64,000 nt of DNA from Mobula hypostoma. Lineage: Eukaryota. The stretch is taken from NCBI RefSeq assembly GCF_963921235.1, contig NC_086107.1, positions 105,960,001 to 106,024,000 on the forward strand, given 5' to 3'. Below are positions 38,835 through 53,368 of this stretch, one piece after another (the first letter of the stretch is position 1; every line of letters begins with the position of its first letter). Position numbers and translations under genes: made by a program. The notes under the pieces are model-generated. The model was not told the origin of the DNA. It ran no database searches and worked only from the letters and a program-made list of their open reading frames with translations.

Positions 38835-39364
38835 ATTATCTCCTGTACCTAATAAAGTGGCCAGACTGGATGTTCATGGTCTCCTGCTGCTGTAGCCCAT
38901 CCACTTCAAGGTCCGACATGTTGTGCATACAGAGATGCTCTTCCGCACACCACTGATTTGCAACATGTGGTTATTTGAATTACTGTTGCCTTCCTGTTAG
39001 CTTGAAATACTCTGACCTCTCTCATTATCAAGCTGTTTTTCACCTACAGTACTACCTCTCATTGTTTTTTTTTTGTTTTTCGCACCATTCTCTGTAAACT
39101 CTAGAGACTGTTGTGCATGAAAATCCCAGGTGATCAGCAGTTTCTGAGATACTCAAACCACCCCGTCTGGCACCAACAATCATTCCATAGTCAAGGTCAC
39201 TTAGATCACATTTCTTTCCCATTCTGACGTTTGGTCTGAATAACGACCTCTTGACCATGTCTGCATGCTTTTATGCATTGAGTTGCTGCCATGTGATTGG
39301 CTGATTAGATATTGTATTAATGAGCAGGTGTACAGGTGTGCCTAATAAAATGGCCACTGAGTGT
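38835..39364 (-). mobile_element. Tc1-derived element
   Basis: ORF 39052-39258 reads MGKKCDLSDLDYGMIVGARRGGLSISETADHLGFS. Confidence 0.8.
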
Positions 39365-41851
39365 ACAGTATAGGAGGAAATGTTTCCCAAATCCTGCTGC
39401 TTAACTTTAAGAACCAAAGATCATAAAAATAGAAGATCGAATTATTATTATTTAAATAGTGAAAGACTGCGGCGTGCTGTTGTGCAGAGAGACTTGGGTA
39501 TGCTGGTACATGAATTGCAATGGCTTGGTTTACAGGTGAAACAAGTTCAAAGATTCAAAGTACATTTATTATCAAAGCATTTATGTAGTATACAACCCTG
39601 AGGTTCATCTTCCCACAGACAGCCATGAAACAAGGGGGATATTAGAGGAAGGTTTTTTACTCAGAGAGTGGTTGGTGCGTGGAATGCACTGCCTGAGTCA
39701 GTGGTGGAGGCAGATACACTAGTGAAGTTTAAGAGACTACTAGACAGGTATATGGAGGAATTTAAGGTGGAGGGGTTATATGGGAGGCAGGGTTTAAGGG
39801 TCGGCACAACATTGTGGGCTGAAGGGCCTGTACTGTACTGTACTGTTCTATGTTCTACGAAACAAAGAAACACGATGGAATCTATTCAAAGAAAACATCA
39901 GGTACCCAATGTGCAAAAAAAAGAACAAATCATGCAAACAGCAAAAAAAAAACACAGAATATAAAATATCAAACCACAGGGTCATTGAAACAGACCAGTT
40001 CATTTTAGCACTGCGTCAACTGCAGGCCGCGGTGCCAGTTTGCCCTGATCAAAGTCACACAAGATATCAATAAAAAAAAAGTAACTAGAAACTCAGATAA
40101 CATGAGCTCCAGCGACCAATCCGCAGACTGCTTTGATTAAACCTTGCCCAAGACCCAAGACTCCAGCATCATTCTTCGGCAGCAAAGAGTAAGGGCGGGG
40201 AGAGAGAAAGAGAGACAGAGAGAGAGAGAGAGAGAGACCAGACTAGGTTATTAAGAAAGCAAGTGGAATATTGGCTTTCTTTGCTCGAGGGATCGAATTT
40301 AAGAGCAGGGTGGTCATGCCTCAACTGTGCAGGGTACCGATGAGACCATACCCTGCAGTACTGTGTGCAGTTCTGGTCTCCTAAACTTAAGGAAAGATTT
40401 ACTGGCTTTAAAGGCGGCGCAGAGGAGGTTCATGGGGTTGATTCCAGAGATGAGGAGATTAACAGATTAGGAGAGATCGAGTCGCCAGGGACTATACTCA
40501 CTGGAATTCAGAAGAATGAGAGAAGATCTTACAGAAATATTTTTAAAAAAATGAAAGGGACAGATATGATAAAGGCAGGAAAGTTGTTTCCACCGATAGG
40601 TAAAATTAGAGCTAAGGGACATAGCCTCAAGGTTCAGAGGAATAAATATAGGACAGAGATCAGGAGGGACTGCTACTCCCAGAGAGTCGTGAATGTGTGG
40701 AATTCTCTGCTCCAGAATTAGAATCAGGTTTTATATCACTGGTATATGTTGTGAAAATTATTGTTATACAGCAGCAATACAATCATAATGAAAACTGTGA
40801 ATTACAGTAAGCAGTATACTTACATGTCTCTGTGTTAAATTAATTAAGTAGTGCAAAAAAAGTGGTGAGGTAATGTTCATGGAATCAATGTCCATTTAGA
40901 AATCGGATGATAGGGGGGAAGAAGCTGTTCCTGAATTGTTGAAATTGTGCCTTCAGGCTCCTGTACCTCCTCCTTTAGGATAGCAATGAGATGAGGACAT
41001 GTCCTGGACCCTGGGGAGATTAGCGCCATGATTGAGCTGACCGAGCTTACAATTTTCTACAGCTTATTTTGATCCTGTGCAGTAGCCCCATCCACGAACC
41101 CCCCACCCCCCACCCCCGGGCGGTGATGCAGCCAGTTAGAACGCTGCCCACGGTACATTTGTGGAAATTTGCCAATATCGTTGGTGACATACCAAATCTC
41201 CTCAAATTCCAAATGAAATATAGCCTCTGTCGGGTCTTTTATGTAACCGCACGGATATGTTGCCCTCTGGATAGCTCCTCAGACACCCGGGGACTTGAAA
41301 GTGCTCAATGCTCACTCTTTCCAATCCTGGTCCCTCTATGAGGTCTGGCTTGTGTTCCCTCATCTTTACCCTCTCTGAAGTCCACAATCAATTCTTTGGT
41401 TTCTTAGTGACATTGAGGGCAAGCTGCCTCATTAAATATACTTAAGACACAGTTAAGTAGATGGTCGCAGAACAGGGGAATTAAAGTAGGTTTTTGGAGC
41501 TGAGCCCACGGCCAGAGCAGCCATGATCTTGTAGAACGGCAGGTCAGTCACAATGGCCAGATGGCCAACTCCTGCTTCTATTTCTTAAGTTCTTACGTGC
41601 TCCTGTTTTGAATTCTCCCCCCAACCCCCTAATATTTTCTCGTTTCCTCCCATGCACCAGAGAAAGTGGATGCTTTGCGGTAAGAATCAAACCTTCATTC
41701 ACATGAAGACAGAAGCCTTGGGCACACTTCACACTTCAGACCAAAGGAATGGGTGGCAACATAAGGAGAGGCGTTCCCCTCCTGTTGCTGGAGGGAGACA
41801 CACAGGCACGTCGATCACACACCGCCCCAGCACCCCACAAGCCACATACAG

Positions 41852-44800
41852 CAGCAGTCCCCAACCACCGGGCCGCGGACCGGTACCGGGCTGCAGAGCA
41901 TGTGCTACCGGGCCACGAGGAAACAATATGATTTGGCGATACGAGTCAGCTGCACCTTTCCTCATTCCCTGTCACGGCCACCGTTGAGCCATTACGCACG
42001 CGAGGTCATTACCCGCGGTTTATCCATGTCAGCGTGGGAAGAAGACCAACTCCTCGAGCTTGCAAATGACGGCGGGCTGAAAAGTATGTTTGACATAACA
42101 TCTCTGCCGGCATTCTGGATCCAAGTCAAGGCTAAATATCCTGAGATAGCCAGGAAAGCACCGACAACGTTGCTTCAATTTCCAACATATAGAAACATAT
42201 AGAAACATAGAAAATAGGTGCAGGAGTAGGCCATTCGGCCCTTCGAGCCTGCACCGCCATTTATTATGATCATGGCTGATCATCCAACTCAGAACCCCGC
42301 CCCAGCCTTCCCTCCATACCCCCTGATCCCCGTAGCCACAAGGGCCATATCTAACTCCCTCTTAAATATAGCCAATGAACTGGCCTCAACTGTTTCCTGT
42401 GGCAGAGAATTCCACAGATTCACCACTCTCTGTGTGAAGAAGTTTTTCCTAATCTCGGTCCTAAAAGGCTTCCCCTTTATCCTCAAACTGTGACCCCTTG
42501 TTCTGGACTTCCCCAACATCGGGAACAATCTTCCTGCATCTAGCCTGTCCAATCCCTTTAGGATCTTATACGTTTCAATCAGATCCCCCCTCAATCTTCT
42601 AAATTCCAACGAGTACAAGCCCAGTTCATCCAGTCTTTCTTCATATGAAAGTCCTGCCATCCCAGGAATCAATCTGGTGAACCTTCTTTGTACTCCCTCT
42701 ATGGCAAGGATGTCTTTCCTTAGATTAGGGGACCAAAACTGCACACAATACTCCAGGTGTGGTCTCACCAAGGCCTTGTACAACTGCAGTAGTACCTCCC
42801 TGCTCCTGTACTCGAATCCTCTCGCTATAAATGCCAGCATACCATTCGCCTTTTTCACCGCCTGCTGTACCTGCATGCCCACTTTCAATGACTGGTATAT
42901 AATGACACCCAGGTCTTGTTGCACCTCCCCTTTTCCTAATCGGCCACCATTCAGATAATAATCTGTTTTCCTATTTTTGCCACCAAAGTGGATAACTTCA
43001 CATTTATCCACATTAAATTGCATCTGCCATGAATTTGCCCACTCACCCAACCTATCCAAGTCACTCTGCATCCTCTTAGCATCCTCCTCACAGCTAACAC
43101 TACCACCCAGCTTCGTGTCATCTGCAAACTTGGAGATGCTGCATTTAATTCCCTCATCCAAGTCATTAATATATATTGTAAACAACTGGGGTCCCAGCAC
43201 TGAGCCTTGCGGTACCCCACTAGTCACCGCCTGCCATTCTGAAAAGGTCCTGTTTATTTCCACTCTTTGCTTCCTGGCTGCTAACCAATTCTCCATCCTC
43301 ATCAATACCTTACCCCCAATACCATGTGCTTTAAGTTTGCACACTAATCTCCTGTGTGGGACCTTGTCAAAAGCCTTTTGAAAATCCAAATATACCACAT
43401 CCACTGGTTCTCCCCTATCCACTCTACTAGTTACATCCTCAAAAAATTCTATGAGATTCGTCAGACATGATTTTCCTTTCACAAATCCATGCTGACTTTG
43501 TCCAATCATTTCACCGCTTTCCAAATGTGCTGTTATCACATCTTTGATAACTGACTCCAGCAGTTTCCCCACCACCGACGTTAGGCTAACCGGTCTATAA
43601 TTCCCCGGTTTCTCTCTCCCTCCTTTTTTAAAAAGTGGAGTTACATTAGCCACCCTCCAATCCTCAGGAACTAGTCCAGAATCTAACGAGTTTTGAAAAA
43701 TTATCACTAATGCATCCACTATTTCTTGGGCTACTTCCTTAAGCACTCTAGGATGCAGACCATCTGGCCCTGGGGATTTATCTGCCTTCAATCCCTTCAA
43801 TTTACCTAACACCACTTCCCTACTAACATATATTTCACTCAGTTCCTCCATCTCACTGGACCCTCTGTCCCCTACTATTTCTGGAAGATTATTTATGTCC
43901 TCCTTAGTGAAGACAGAACCAAAGTAATTATTCAATTGGTCTGCCATGTCCTTGCTCCCCATAATCAATTCATCTGTTTCTGTCTGTAGGGGACCTACAT
44001 TTGTCTTTACCAGTCTTTTCCTTTTTACATATCTATAAAAGCTTTTACAGTCAGTCCTTTTTACATCGCTATAAAAGCTTTTACAGTCAGTCCTTTTTAC
44101 ATATCTATAAAAGCTTTTACAGTCAGTCTGCGATGAATGTAACAAAAACTAAATTGAGGAATAGACTGGTCATAAGGAACTCCATTCGAGTATCACTGTC
44201 TCCCATCACCCCTCGATGGCACCGTCTTGTTGCAGGGAAACAAGCCCAGGGCTCCCACTGATTCAGCAATATTGGTGTGTTGTAATGATTTTATATGTTC
44301 ATACGGGGAAAATATGTGCTGTGTGTTTAATATCCAAACGTTACTTAAAATGTTATGATGCTATTGACTTATATAACCATATAACAATTACAGCACGGAA
44401 ACAGGCCATCTCTGCCCTTCTCGTCTGTGCTGAACGCTACTCTCACCTCGTCCCACCGATCTGCACTCAGCCCATAACCCTCCATTCCTTTCCTGTCCAT
44501 ATACCTATCCAATTTTTCTTTAAATGATAATATCGAACCTGCTTCTGCCACTTCTACTGGAAGTTCGTTCAACACTTACTTCAAGCTTCCCTGTCCTCCC
44601 CTGATAATTGACTTATCACTATATTCATGCAAGGAAAATATGCGCTGTGTGTTTAATATTAAATTTGTTAGATAAACCCTTTTAGAAACAAAATTGAGTG
44701 TACTAGCCACTTATCACCGATATTACGGTCGTGGTTAACACCTCCCCCCCGTGAACGGAATCGCCAAAAACAATTTGTAGAAAAAATAATCGGTACGTGC

Positions 44801-45004
44801 ACGCATGCACAAGTCACACATGCGCACTGGTGCCCTCGCAAGGCTTCATGGTCATTGTAGTCTTTCTCTGGGTAAACACAACGTATTTGACTGCTACTCT
44901 TTTCCGTTGCCAAACATCTCCCCACCCCCCACCGGTCCGCCAGTCCGCAAGAATGTTGTCAATATGAAACCGGTCTGCAGCGCAAAAATGGTTGGGGACC
45001 CCTG
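41852..45004 (+). mobile_element. Internally deleted hAT (Charlie-like) DNA transposon interrupted by the CR1 and by a second CR1 tail (44368-44575)
   Basis: TIRs cagcagtccccaacc / ggttggggacccctg. 8-bp TSD acatacag (41844-41851) / atatacag (45005-45012). The hATC dimerisation remnant is split by the LINE: SLPAFWIQVKAKYPEIARKA..FPT // SAMNVTKTKLRNRL...KQAQGSH*. Confidence 0.88.
42185..44127 (-). mobile_element. Young 5'-truncated CR1-clade LINE with an uninterrupted reverse transcriptase ORF2 fragment
   Basis: ORF 42289-44145 (618 aa) contains NYRPVSLTS, YLDFQKAFDKV, GVPQGSVLGP, FADD and VRPHLEYCVQFWSP. The CR1-type (TTTCTATG)n tail is at ~42185-42212. Confidence 0.96.
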
Positions 45005-45728
45005 ATATACAGTACAGACTCCAACAAGAACAGGGTCTGCCTTGACCTCGCAGCCTGGGCGAGTCACGGAGGGAAGCTGCTTGCACGTGGAAGAGTCAGC
45101 ACTTTAAGGTGGGAGGACCCCTCGAGTACCAGGGGCCATCTCTCCATCCTGTGCACCGACTTCTTTGCATTCGTTTGATCAGGAACGGAGAATCCACCTC
45201 TTGGGCAACATGCGTTCCTGCTTAATTCCAGATCAAACAGTCATTATCTCGGAAACACATGGAGCGGGTGCGCCATGTAGTCACTTAACACATAAACCTT
45301 ACAAAATTGTTCCCTGGTTGTAAACCACCGCGCTCCTGCGATGGACCCATTTCCATCTGAAGAGGGGGGTGTGCTGATAACTCTTGTTACCGCTGAATTC
45401 AACCGGTTCTCCTGCCAAATCCTGGCTACTTTGATGAGCCCGAACCAAGAGCGTAGCCACGAGAGAACTTCAGAGATTGCAATGGGCTGTTCACACTGTG
45501 CGGAGCTCAGCGTGAACCCTCACCAAAGGAGATTGAGGGATTAGTGAGGCCTACTGCTGACAGAGGCTCTTTTGGGGCAGGGGTCCTTTGAAGTTGCAAT
45601 CTTATCACCATCAGAAATATATCAAAGTATGAAGTGAAATGCATCGTTTTCATTAACAGCCAACACAACCTAAAGATACACTGGCGCTGCCACACATTCT
45701 GGTGCCAATATAGCATGCCCACAATGCT

Positions 45729-46029
45729 TGGCGCGTGGCCAAGTGGTTAAGGCGTCAGTCTAGTGATCTGAAGGTCGCTAGATCGAGCCTCAGCTGAGGC
45801 AACGTGTTGTGTCCTTGAGCAAGGCACGTAATCACACAGTGCTCTGCGACGACACTGGTGCCAAGCTGCATGGGTCCTAATGCCCTTCCCCTGGACAACG
45901 TCGGCGGTGTGGAGAGGGGAGACTTGTAGCATGGGCAACTGCCGGTCTTCCATACAACCTCGCCCAGGCCTGCGCCCTGGAAACCTTCCAAGGCACAAAT
46001 CCATGGTTTCACGAAACTAACGGATGCCT
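45729..46029 (+). mobile_element. tRNA-derived SINE, tail type 1 (other copies at 11577-11886 and 62443-62749, minus strand)
   Basis: A-box tggccaagtgg and B-box-like gatcgagcc, followed by gtgtccttgagcaaggcac. There are three highly similar copies. Confidence 0.85.
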
Positions 46030-49000
46030 ACAATGCTTGGCAGAACAACAGCAAAACAAATCCCTTTCCTTCCTCCCACCCTCCCACCCACCCATTCCCA
46101 ACCACAGGACAGGTTGCCTCCATGCCTCAGGCTTCCATTGGACTTGTGGACTCGCAGACTTCGGACCTCCAACTTCACCAGTGGACTTGCAGACTTATTG
46201 ACACAGGGCTTTGGCCATCGGGCCTCGACTTCTGAACTTCCGATCGACCTTTGTGCTTTGATCATCAGTATCAGCCCCAGTACTCTCCGATGACAGGACC
46301 CCGATCTTCAGGCCTTAAGCTTTGGACACGCTGATGACTGGACCCTGAACTCAAACCCATCGGCTGGTGACTCACCACCTAGGTGTCACTGGCCCTCATG
46401 CCTCCTCTGGTCCTACTGACGCCACCAGGGAACTTTATGACCTGGGATGGGAGTGTGCCAACCTAGTCTTCGCTGGTCTTCATTCCACAGCTCCCGAGAC
46501 ATCCACAACCCAACAAGGATTAGATTACATTCCCAAAAGAGATTATATAAAAGTTGATCACACCACCTTGTATAAAATTGCGAGCGATAGATAGGGCAAC
46601 TGCTAAAAAGGGTGTCTCAACTGGGTAGTAATCTAAAGCTGAGGGTCACTGTCTCCGGATAAATGGCAGCCCATTTAAAACAGAAATGAGGAAACAGAAA
46701 TTTCTTCACTCAGAAGAATGAAAATCTTACGGAATCTTCTTCACCTGATGGGTCTGAGTCCGTAGTTGATTTGCAAGTTTAAGACTAGAGAACCGTAGTG
46801 TTACACAGCACCGAACTAGGTCCTTAGGCCCAACCAGTCCCTGGCAACCAAGATGTCTATCCAAGCTAGTCCTATTGCAAGCACTAGACCCTTAGCCCCT
46901 AAACCTTTTTGGTCCATATACTGGTCTAAAGTTCTTTTAAACACTCTATCCACCTCCACCACCTTCCCCTTTTCATATACTCACTACCCTCTATGTGAAG
47001 AAGTTACCCCTCAGGTCCTTTTTAAATCTTTCCCCTGTCACCTTCAACCTTTGCCCTTTAGTTTTAGACTGATCTATCCTGGGAAAAAGACTGTCACCAT
47101 CCATCTTTTCTACAGTTCTCATGAGATTATAAACCTCTATAAGTCACTCATCAGCCCTCCTTCGTTCCAGGGGCAATAGTCTCAGCCTATGTAGGCTCTC
47201 CTTATAAGTCAATAACTGTCATTACAATACTTGACATTTGGAGAATCAAGAGACCCATGGAACAGGCAGGAAAATGGAGATGGAGCACGGGTTCTTACTG
47301 AATGCCAGAATTTTCTTGATGGGCTGAAGGGCCCTTTGCCCTCTCTTTTTCACGTTCTTATCCACAGAGAGACAGAACGTGAGGCATCTTTCCCTGAAAG
47401 GTTATATCCTCTGCAGTCATGTGGGGAAAAAATGCAAGAGATATTTAACAGGTCAAACAAGATCTGTGGAGAGTTTAACTCTTCACATCAATGAAATTTC
47501 AAAAGTTCAAAGTTTGAAGTAAATCAACTATCAAAGTACATCAATGTCACCAAATGCTACTTTGAGATTCATATTCCTACACGAAAGAAAGTAATAACAA
47601 TTGTACTTGAACAGACAAAACTTTACAAGGAACACTGCCACCAGTAAACAGCATCCATCATCAGGATGCTCACCGTTCAGCCCATTCTCCTTTCTCACTG
47701 CTGCCACCGAGAAGGAGGTACAGGAGCCTTAGGCCCCACACCAGCAGGTTCGAGAACAGTTATTACCCCTCAGCCATCGGGCTCCTGAACCAGTGCGGAT
47801 AACTTCACTCACCTCAATGTCGAACCGACTCGACTCGACGACCTACAGACTCACTTTCAAGGACTCTGTCTCAATATTATTTATATCTTTGCACAATTTG
47901 TCATCTTTGGCAAATTGGTTGTTTGACAGTCTTTTTTTTCATAAATTCTTTCGCATTCGTGTTCCTGTAGAACGTGGTAGCGTATGTGAACTTTGATAAT
48001 AATGTTACTTTGACTTTGACTAATCTGTGATTACTGATGCTGTAAAATATTGTGCTGAACGCTATGCTATCACGTCACTGCCGTGTTATCCGTATATGCA
48101 CCCCCGCTCCATTTTAATAGCTGAAATGTTCAACCTGGACCAGCTGGGACAAGTCTGTGCCTCCTATGGGATGATGTCTTCCATTGCCATTGCCTCGCAG
48201 AACCCCAGGAGCGTGCTGTTGCATGAGAATGATAAAGACAGGGTGATGGAAATCTGGATCGAACACAGAGAATGCGGGCAACACTTAGGTCACCTCAGTA
48301 GAGATCTGTTTTCACTTTGACACAAGAGTCTTTTTCTGTTGATCAGTGTCAAAAAAGCCAAATTAAATCCACTGTAATTCAATGTCATAAAACAATAAAA
48401 CATGAAAACGTCCGGGGAGGGGGGTGGGGTTGAATACTTTTTTTAGGCACTGTAAGTACATAGATAGAAAGAACATCCATATTATCACTTTGTAATATAT
48501 ATTATGGTTGCATGGGGGTTCTAACTTGTAATGATGAACCTCTGGAGTTATTGCTATTTTGTATCTGAAGCCTCTGCTTTTATATTCGTTCCTTCTCAGT
48601 TCAAATGTTGCATTTCAGTGTTATCGGCTATGGGTCATCTGACTAACCTATAACCCTTTCTCATTGGATGTAGCCAGGGGCTACACAACCTCATGCCTTG
48701 GGTGAGTTCTTTTGTTCCCTTTGATTCTGGTTCCAAACAGTCAAACCAGCTTACCCAGACACTGCGCTGAGATAACGAGATTACTTCTGCAAACCCACCA
48801 TTGTAGACAATTCACAGTTTATCTGAGAATGTTCTCAGGTTTAGCAGCTCAACAGCAGAAACCCCTTGTGTCCATGTTCAATTGCTCTGATTAGATTATC
48901 TCAGAGCAAGAATCAGTTCATCAAACAGTTCACAGGATGGAGGTTACAGAGCAGCTTCACAAAATGGTAGTCTCCATTCCTTTGAGCACGTGGCAAGAAC

Positions 49001-49889
49001 AAAGGTCACTGGTTTGTCTGCTTCCACTTGGCCTTGAACCATTTGAGTTCGACGTCTTCTTCCATATTTTAACTCCTCCATGGCCAACAATATTACATGA
49101 CATTCCAAAAGATCCCTGTCATAGAGTCATACAGCAAAAGCACAGGCCCTTTAGCCCATCATATTGATGCCAACCATCAAGTACCTATCTGCACTCATCA
49201 CATATCCAAGCCTTTGTCCCCATAGCTTTCTATACCTTGGTGATTAAAGTGCTTGTTCTTTGCCCATTCTCAGTGCATGTGTTCAGCATTTTCATATGAT
49301 GTAATATGATGTAATGTTTTCAATACCTCTGCTACGAAGAAAGATTCCCTACAATCTACCTTATCTCTCCCTTCAATTCCATATAACTTTTATCCTCCCT
49401 TTGAGACAGGTTGGACTGGACTGAGAGCAAAAGGTCTCAGTGGTATTACAATGCCTTCTGGGCCCTGGAATTATCACACAAAATGCTGGAGGAACCCAGC
49501 AGGTCAGGCAGCACCTATGGAAATGAATACTGTAGATCGTCAAGGTTTCGGGCTGAGACCCTTCTTCAGGACTTGCTGGAATTACAACCTCCTCAGAACG
49601 CCCACCTCCAGCAAACAAATAATTGCTCCCCCACCACCGCTACTTTATCATTTCCTGTCAGAGGTCAGAGTCACCTTATGTACAGACACACCTGTGCCTG
49701 GAGTCACTTTATGGTCATAGAATCAATCTATCCATATAAGCTACCTCATGTATTTATTTTTATTGTGTTTTTTATTATTATGTTTTTGATCTCATTATGT
49801 TTTTTTTTTGTGCTGCATCAGATCCAGAATAACAGTTATTTTGCTTTCTCTTATACTTGTGTACAGGAAATGACATTAAACAAGCTTGA

Positions 49890-50385
49890 GAAACACACTC
49901 AAAATGCTGGAGGGACTCAGACGGCCGGGCAGCATCTATGGAAAAGAGTGAACAGTCGGCGTTTCGGGCCCAGACCCCTTGTCAGGACTAGAAAGGAAGA
50001 GGAGAAGTCAGAATATGAAGGTGGAGGGAGGGGAGGAAGAAGTTCAAGGTGGAAAAGGGGACAGGTGAAGTAAAGAGCTGGGAAGTTGATTGGTGAAAGA
50101 GATAAGGGGCTGGAGAAGGGGGACTCTGATAGGAGAGGACGGAAGACCATGGAAGAAAGGAAAGGGGGAGGAGCACCAGAGGGAGATGATGGGCAGGTAG
50201 GGAGATAAGGTGAGAGAGGGAAACGGAAATATGGCGAAGGTGGAGGGGGTGGGAGAGGCAATTACCAGAAGTTTGAGAAATCGATGTTCATGTCATCAGG
50301 TTGGAGGCTCCCCAGCCGGAATATAAGGTGTTACTTCTCCAACCTGAGTGTGGCCTCATCGCGGCAGTAGAGGAGGCCATGGACT
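49890..50385 (-). mobile_element. Penelope-like element 3' fragment
   Basis: Pseudo-LTR plus the end of the GIY-YIG coding region, homologous to 297-830. Confidence 0.8.
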
Positions 50386-50944
50386 TGAATCTTGAATCTA
50401 CACCTCCTTCAGCTCAGCTAAAGAAAGCATTAGCGTTTAAGTAAGTTTCACACTGGCAAAATTCCATTTGAAGTGCACTCCAGTCCAGTTTGTCAAGAGC
50501 AAAAGTAGGCTGAGGTAGGAGTATAATAAAATAACTTGCTTCCGGCAGCCTCACAGGCATTTCGGTTCAGACATCACACAGAATATAAATTATATATAAA
50601 TTGTACATAAATTATACAAGGCTGAGAAGGGAGATGGAAAAAAGTCTGTGTAAAAACAAAACATTAGTGCAGAAAAGAGACTCAATCAGAGAGATTCCAA
50701 AGTGCTGTGAAGTTTAGTCCCACCCAGCGAAAGCACAATATCTTTACATTCCAAACTCTTCCCTGGCTCGACAAATGTGTTGTCCACTGGTTCACTCAGT
50801 CTAAACCCATCCACTGAGAATGTGCAAAGGGCAAACACGCTGGGTCAGTAGACAAGCATCAGGTCCACGCTCCTCAACAATTAGGTCTTCTGGAGATGGC
50901 ATTAAGGACATTTCATTCAATTTATATCTATGCATACATATATA

Positions 50945-51520
50945 TTTATGTATGGGGTGTATGGGGTGTCAGGGAGGGGTAGCACTTCTGGTGGGGGAAC
51001 ATGTCGCGTCCTTTTCAGGGCGGTTAGTCCACCTTTGGTCCCCACCTGGCACTCAGCTCTCACCTGTGGCTCCCCGTAGCTGTTTGCACGCGACAGCGGC
51101 CACTCCCCGGGCGACGGCTTCAACAAGCCGGCTAAACCAGGTGAGGGTAGCCGACGGGTCTCGAACCCTCCGTGAGATAGGGAGTTGTCCATCCCAGCAT
51201 GTGAAGACAGACTCCGGCGGATTAGGGCGGACAAGACCAATGGAAGGTCCAATGGTCAAGAAGGCGGTCTCTGCAAGCGTCGTGGAACGTGTAGAGCAGG
51301 ACAAGACACAGAAGTCGTCCTGGTCATCCACTGCGCCTAGTCCCATCTCCAGCCGTCTAGACTCTGTCTTGCCACTGGATCCAGACGGGAATTGGGAAGA
51401 GAGAGTGAGGCTGACGCTGCGCAACTCTCCCTCACTTAAATCCAAATCACACGCTAGTCTCGACACCATCATTATGGTGTCGAGGTCCTCTTCGACGTCA
51501 ACGATGGACGAACAACAACA
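50945..51520 (+). mobile_element. CpG-rich short retroelement (RTE-like); a related 5' portion lies at 13145-13290
   Basis: tatggggtgtatggggtgtc...ctctcacctgtggctcc...agctgtttgcacgc is shared with 13145-13290. It ends in a (CAA)n tail. Confidence 0.55.
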
Positions 51521-52542
51521 TATATTTATTACCAATCTTATAATGCTACGCACGCGCGCACACACTTACAATCAATTGCTTCAAAGATTCTTTGAAGTTC
51601 AGCGATTTCCTGAGGCCATCACCTGCCTAGAATTTTATGGTCTGTGATGGATGAAGATTGAACATAGAACTGGTGGCTCGATGGAAGGGGAACTGCATCA
51701 GGTCAGTTGATTGTCATATTACAAGAAACAGCTTCCAACTCTAAAAGAGTGACAGCTCGGCAGCCATACCAGTGAACAAGTAATCCCGCACCCCAGACAA
51801 AAGATCCAAAGACACAAGTTCAAATCTCATTGCAGTAACTATGGAACTTAAATTAAATTAACCTGGAACTAAAGTTCAAAGCTTAAAGTAAAGTTTTTAT
51901 CAAAATACATATATGTCACCATATACTCCTCAGAGATTCAATTTTTTTGCCGGCATTCCCAGTAGAACAAAGAAATACATCAGAATAAGTGAAAAACTAT
52001 GAACAAGACTGACAAACAATGTGCAAACTGTGCGAGTACAGAAAAACAAATAACAAATATAGAACTGTGCAAAACTCTTAGACACATATGTATAGCTAGG
52101 ATGTCTAAGACTTTTGCACAGTACTGTACTAATCTTATGTATTGCACTGAACTGCTGCCGCAAAAAAAATTCATGACATATGTGAGTGATGATAAACCTG
52201 ACACACACCCCTTATATAAACGCTTCTCCCTCCTGCCTTCTGGAAAAAGGCACCAAAGCACTCGGGCTCTCACAACCAGACTATGTAACAGTTTCTTTCC
52301 CCAAGCCATCAGACTCCTCAATACCCAGAGCCTGGCTTGACACCAACCTACTGCTCTCTACTGTGCCTATTGTCTTGTTTATTATTTATTGTAATGCCTG
52401 CACTGTTTTGTGCACTTTATGCAGTCCTGGATAGGTCTGTAGTCTAGTGTAGTTTTTGTGCTGTTTTATGTAGTTCAGTGTAGTTTTTGTACTGTTTCAT
52501 GTAGCACCATGGTCCTGAAAAACATTGTCTCATTCCTACTAT

Positions 52543-53368
52543 CAACACACATAAAAGTTGCTGGTGAACGCAGCAGGCCAGGCAGCATCTCTAGGAAGAG
52601 GTACAGTCGACGTTTCAGGCCGAGACCCTTCGTCAGGACTAACTGAAGGAAGAGTGAGTAAGGGATTTGAAAGTGGGAGGGGGAGGGGGAGATCCAAAAT
52701 GATAGGAGAAGACAGGAGGGGGAGGGATGGAGCCAAGAGCTGGACAGGTGATAGGCAAAAGGGATACGAGAGGATCATGGGACAGGAGGTCCTGGAAGAA
52801 AGACAAGGAGGTGGGGGGGACCCAGAGGATGGGCAAGAGGTATATTCAGAGGGACAGAGGGAGAAAAAGGAGAGTGAGAGAAAGAATGTGTGCATAAAAA
52901 TAAGTAACGGATGGGGTACGAGGGGGAGGTGGGGCATCAGCGGAAGTTAGAGAAGTCGATGTTCATGCCATCAGGTTGGAGGCTACCCAGACGGAATATA
53001 AGGTGTTGTTCCTCCAACCTGAGTGTGGCTTCATCTTTACAGTAGAGGAGGCCGTGGATAGACATGTCAGAATGGGAATGGGATGTGGAATTAAAATGTG
53101 TGGCCACTGGGAGATCCTGCTTTCTCTGGCGGACAGAGCGTAGATGTTCAGCAAAGCGGTCTCCCAGTCTGCGTCGGGTCTGCCAATATATAAAAGGCCA
53201 CATCGGGAGCACCGGACGCAGTATATCACCCCAGTCGACTCACAGGTGAAGTGTTGCCTCACCTGGAAGGACTGTTTGGGGCCCTGAATGGTGGTAAGGG
53301 AGGAAGTATACTTATCCGTGTAAGCGGAACAAGTGCTACACATGCCCTTACACTTCCTCCCTTACCAC
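52543..53368 (-). mobile_element. Penelope-like element 3' fragment (GIY-YIG endonuclease remnant plus pseudo-LTR)
   Basis: Frameshifted FTCESTGVIYCVRCSRCGLLYIG / TRRRLGDRFAEHL...EEQHLIFRLGSLQPDGMNIDFSNFR. Near-identical to 5977-6612. Confidence 0.9.
52605..52640 (-). ncRNA. Minimal type I hammerhead ribozyme motif
   Basis: Identical in sequence to the 6075-6110 copy. Confidence 0.75.

Noticed and set aside
45729..45800. tRNA gene
   Set aside because: It is the tRNA-like head of a multi-copy SINE that continues into SINE body and tail.
50820..51647. 275-aa ORF
   Set aside because: It lies over a GC-rich retroelement remnant and has no protein motifs.
51770..51830. ATG-started 61-nt phase-1 segment (MRFELVSLDLLSGVRDYLFT) as exon 1
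   Set aside because: It is charged rather than hydrophobic and overlaps a tRNA-SINE-like remnant.
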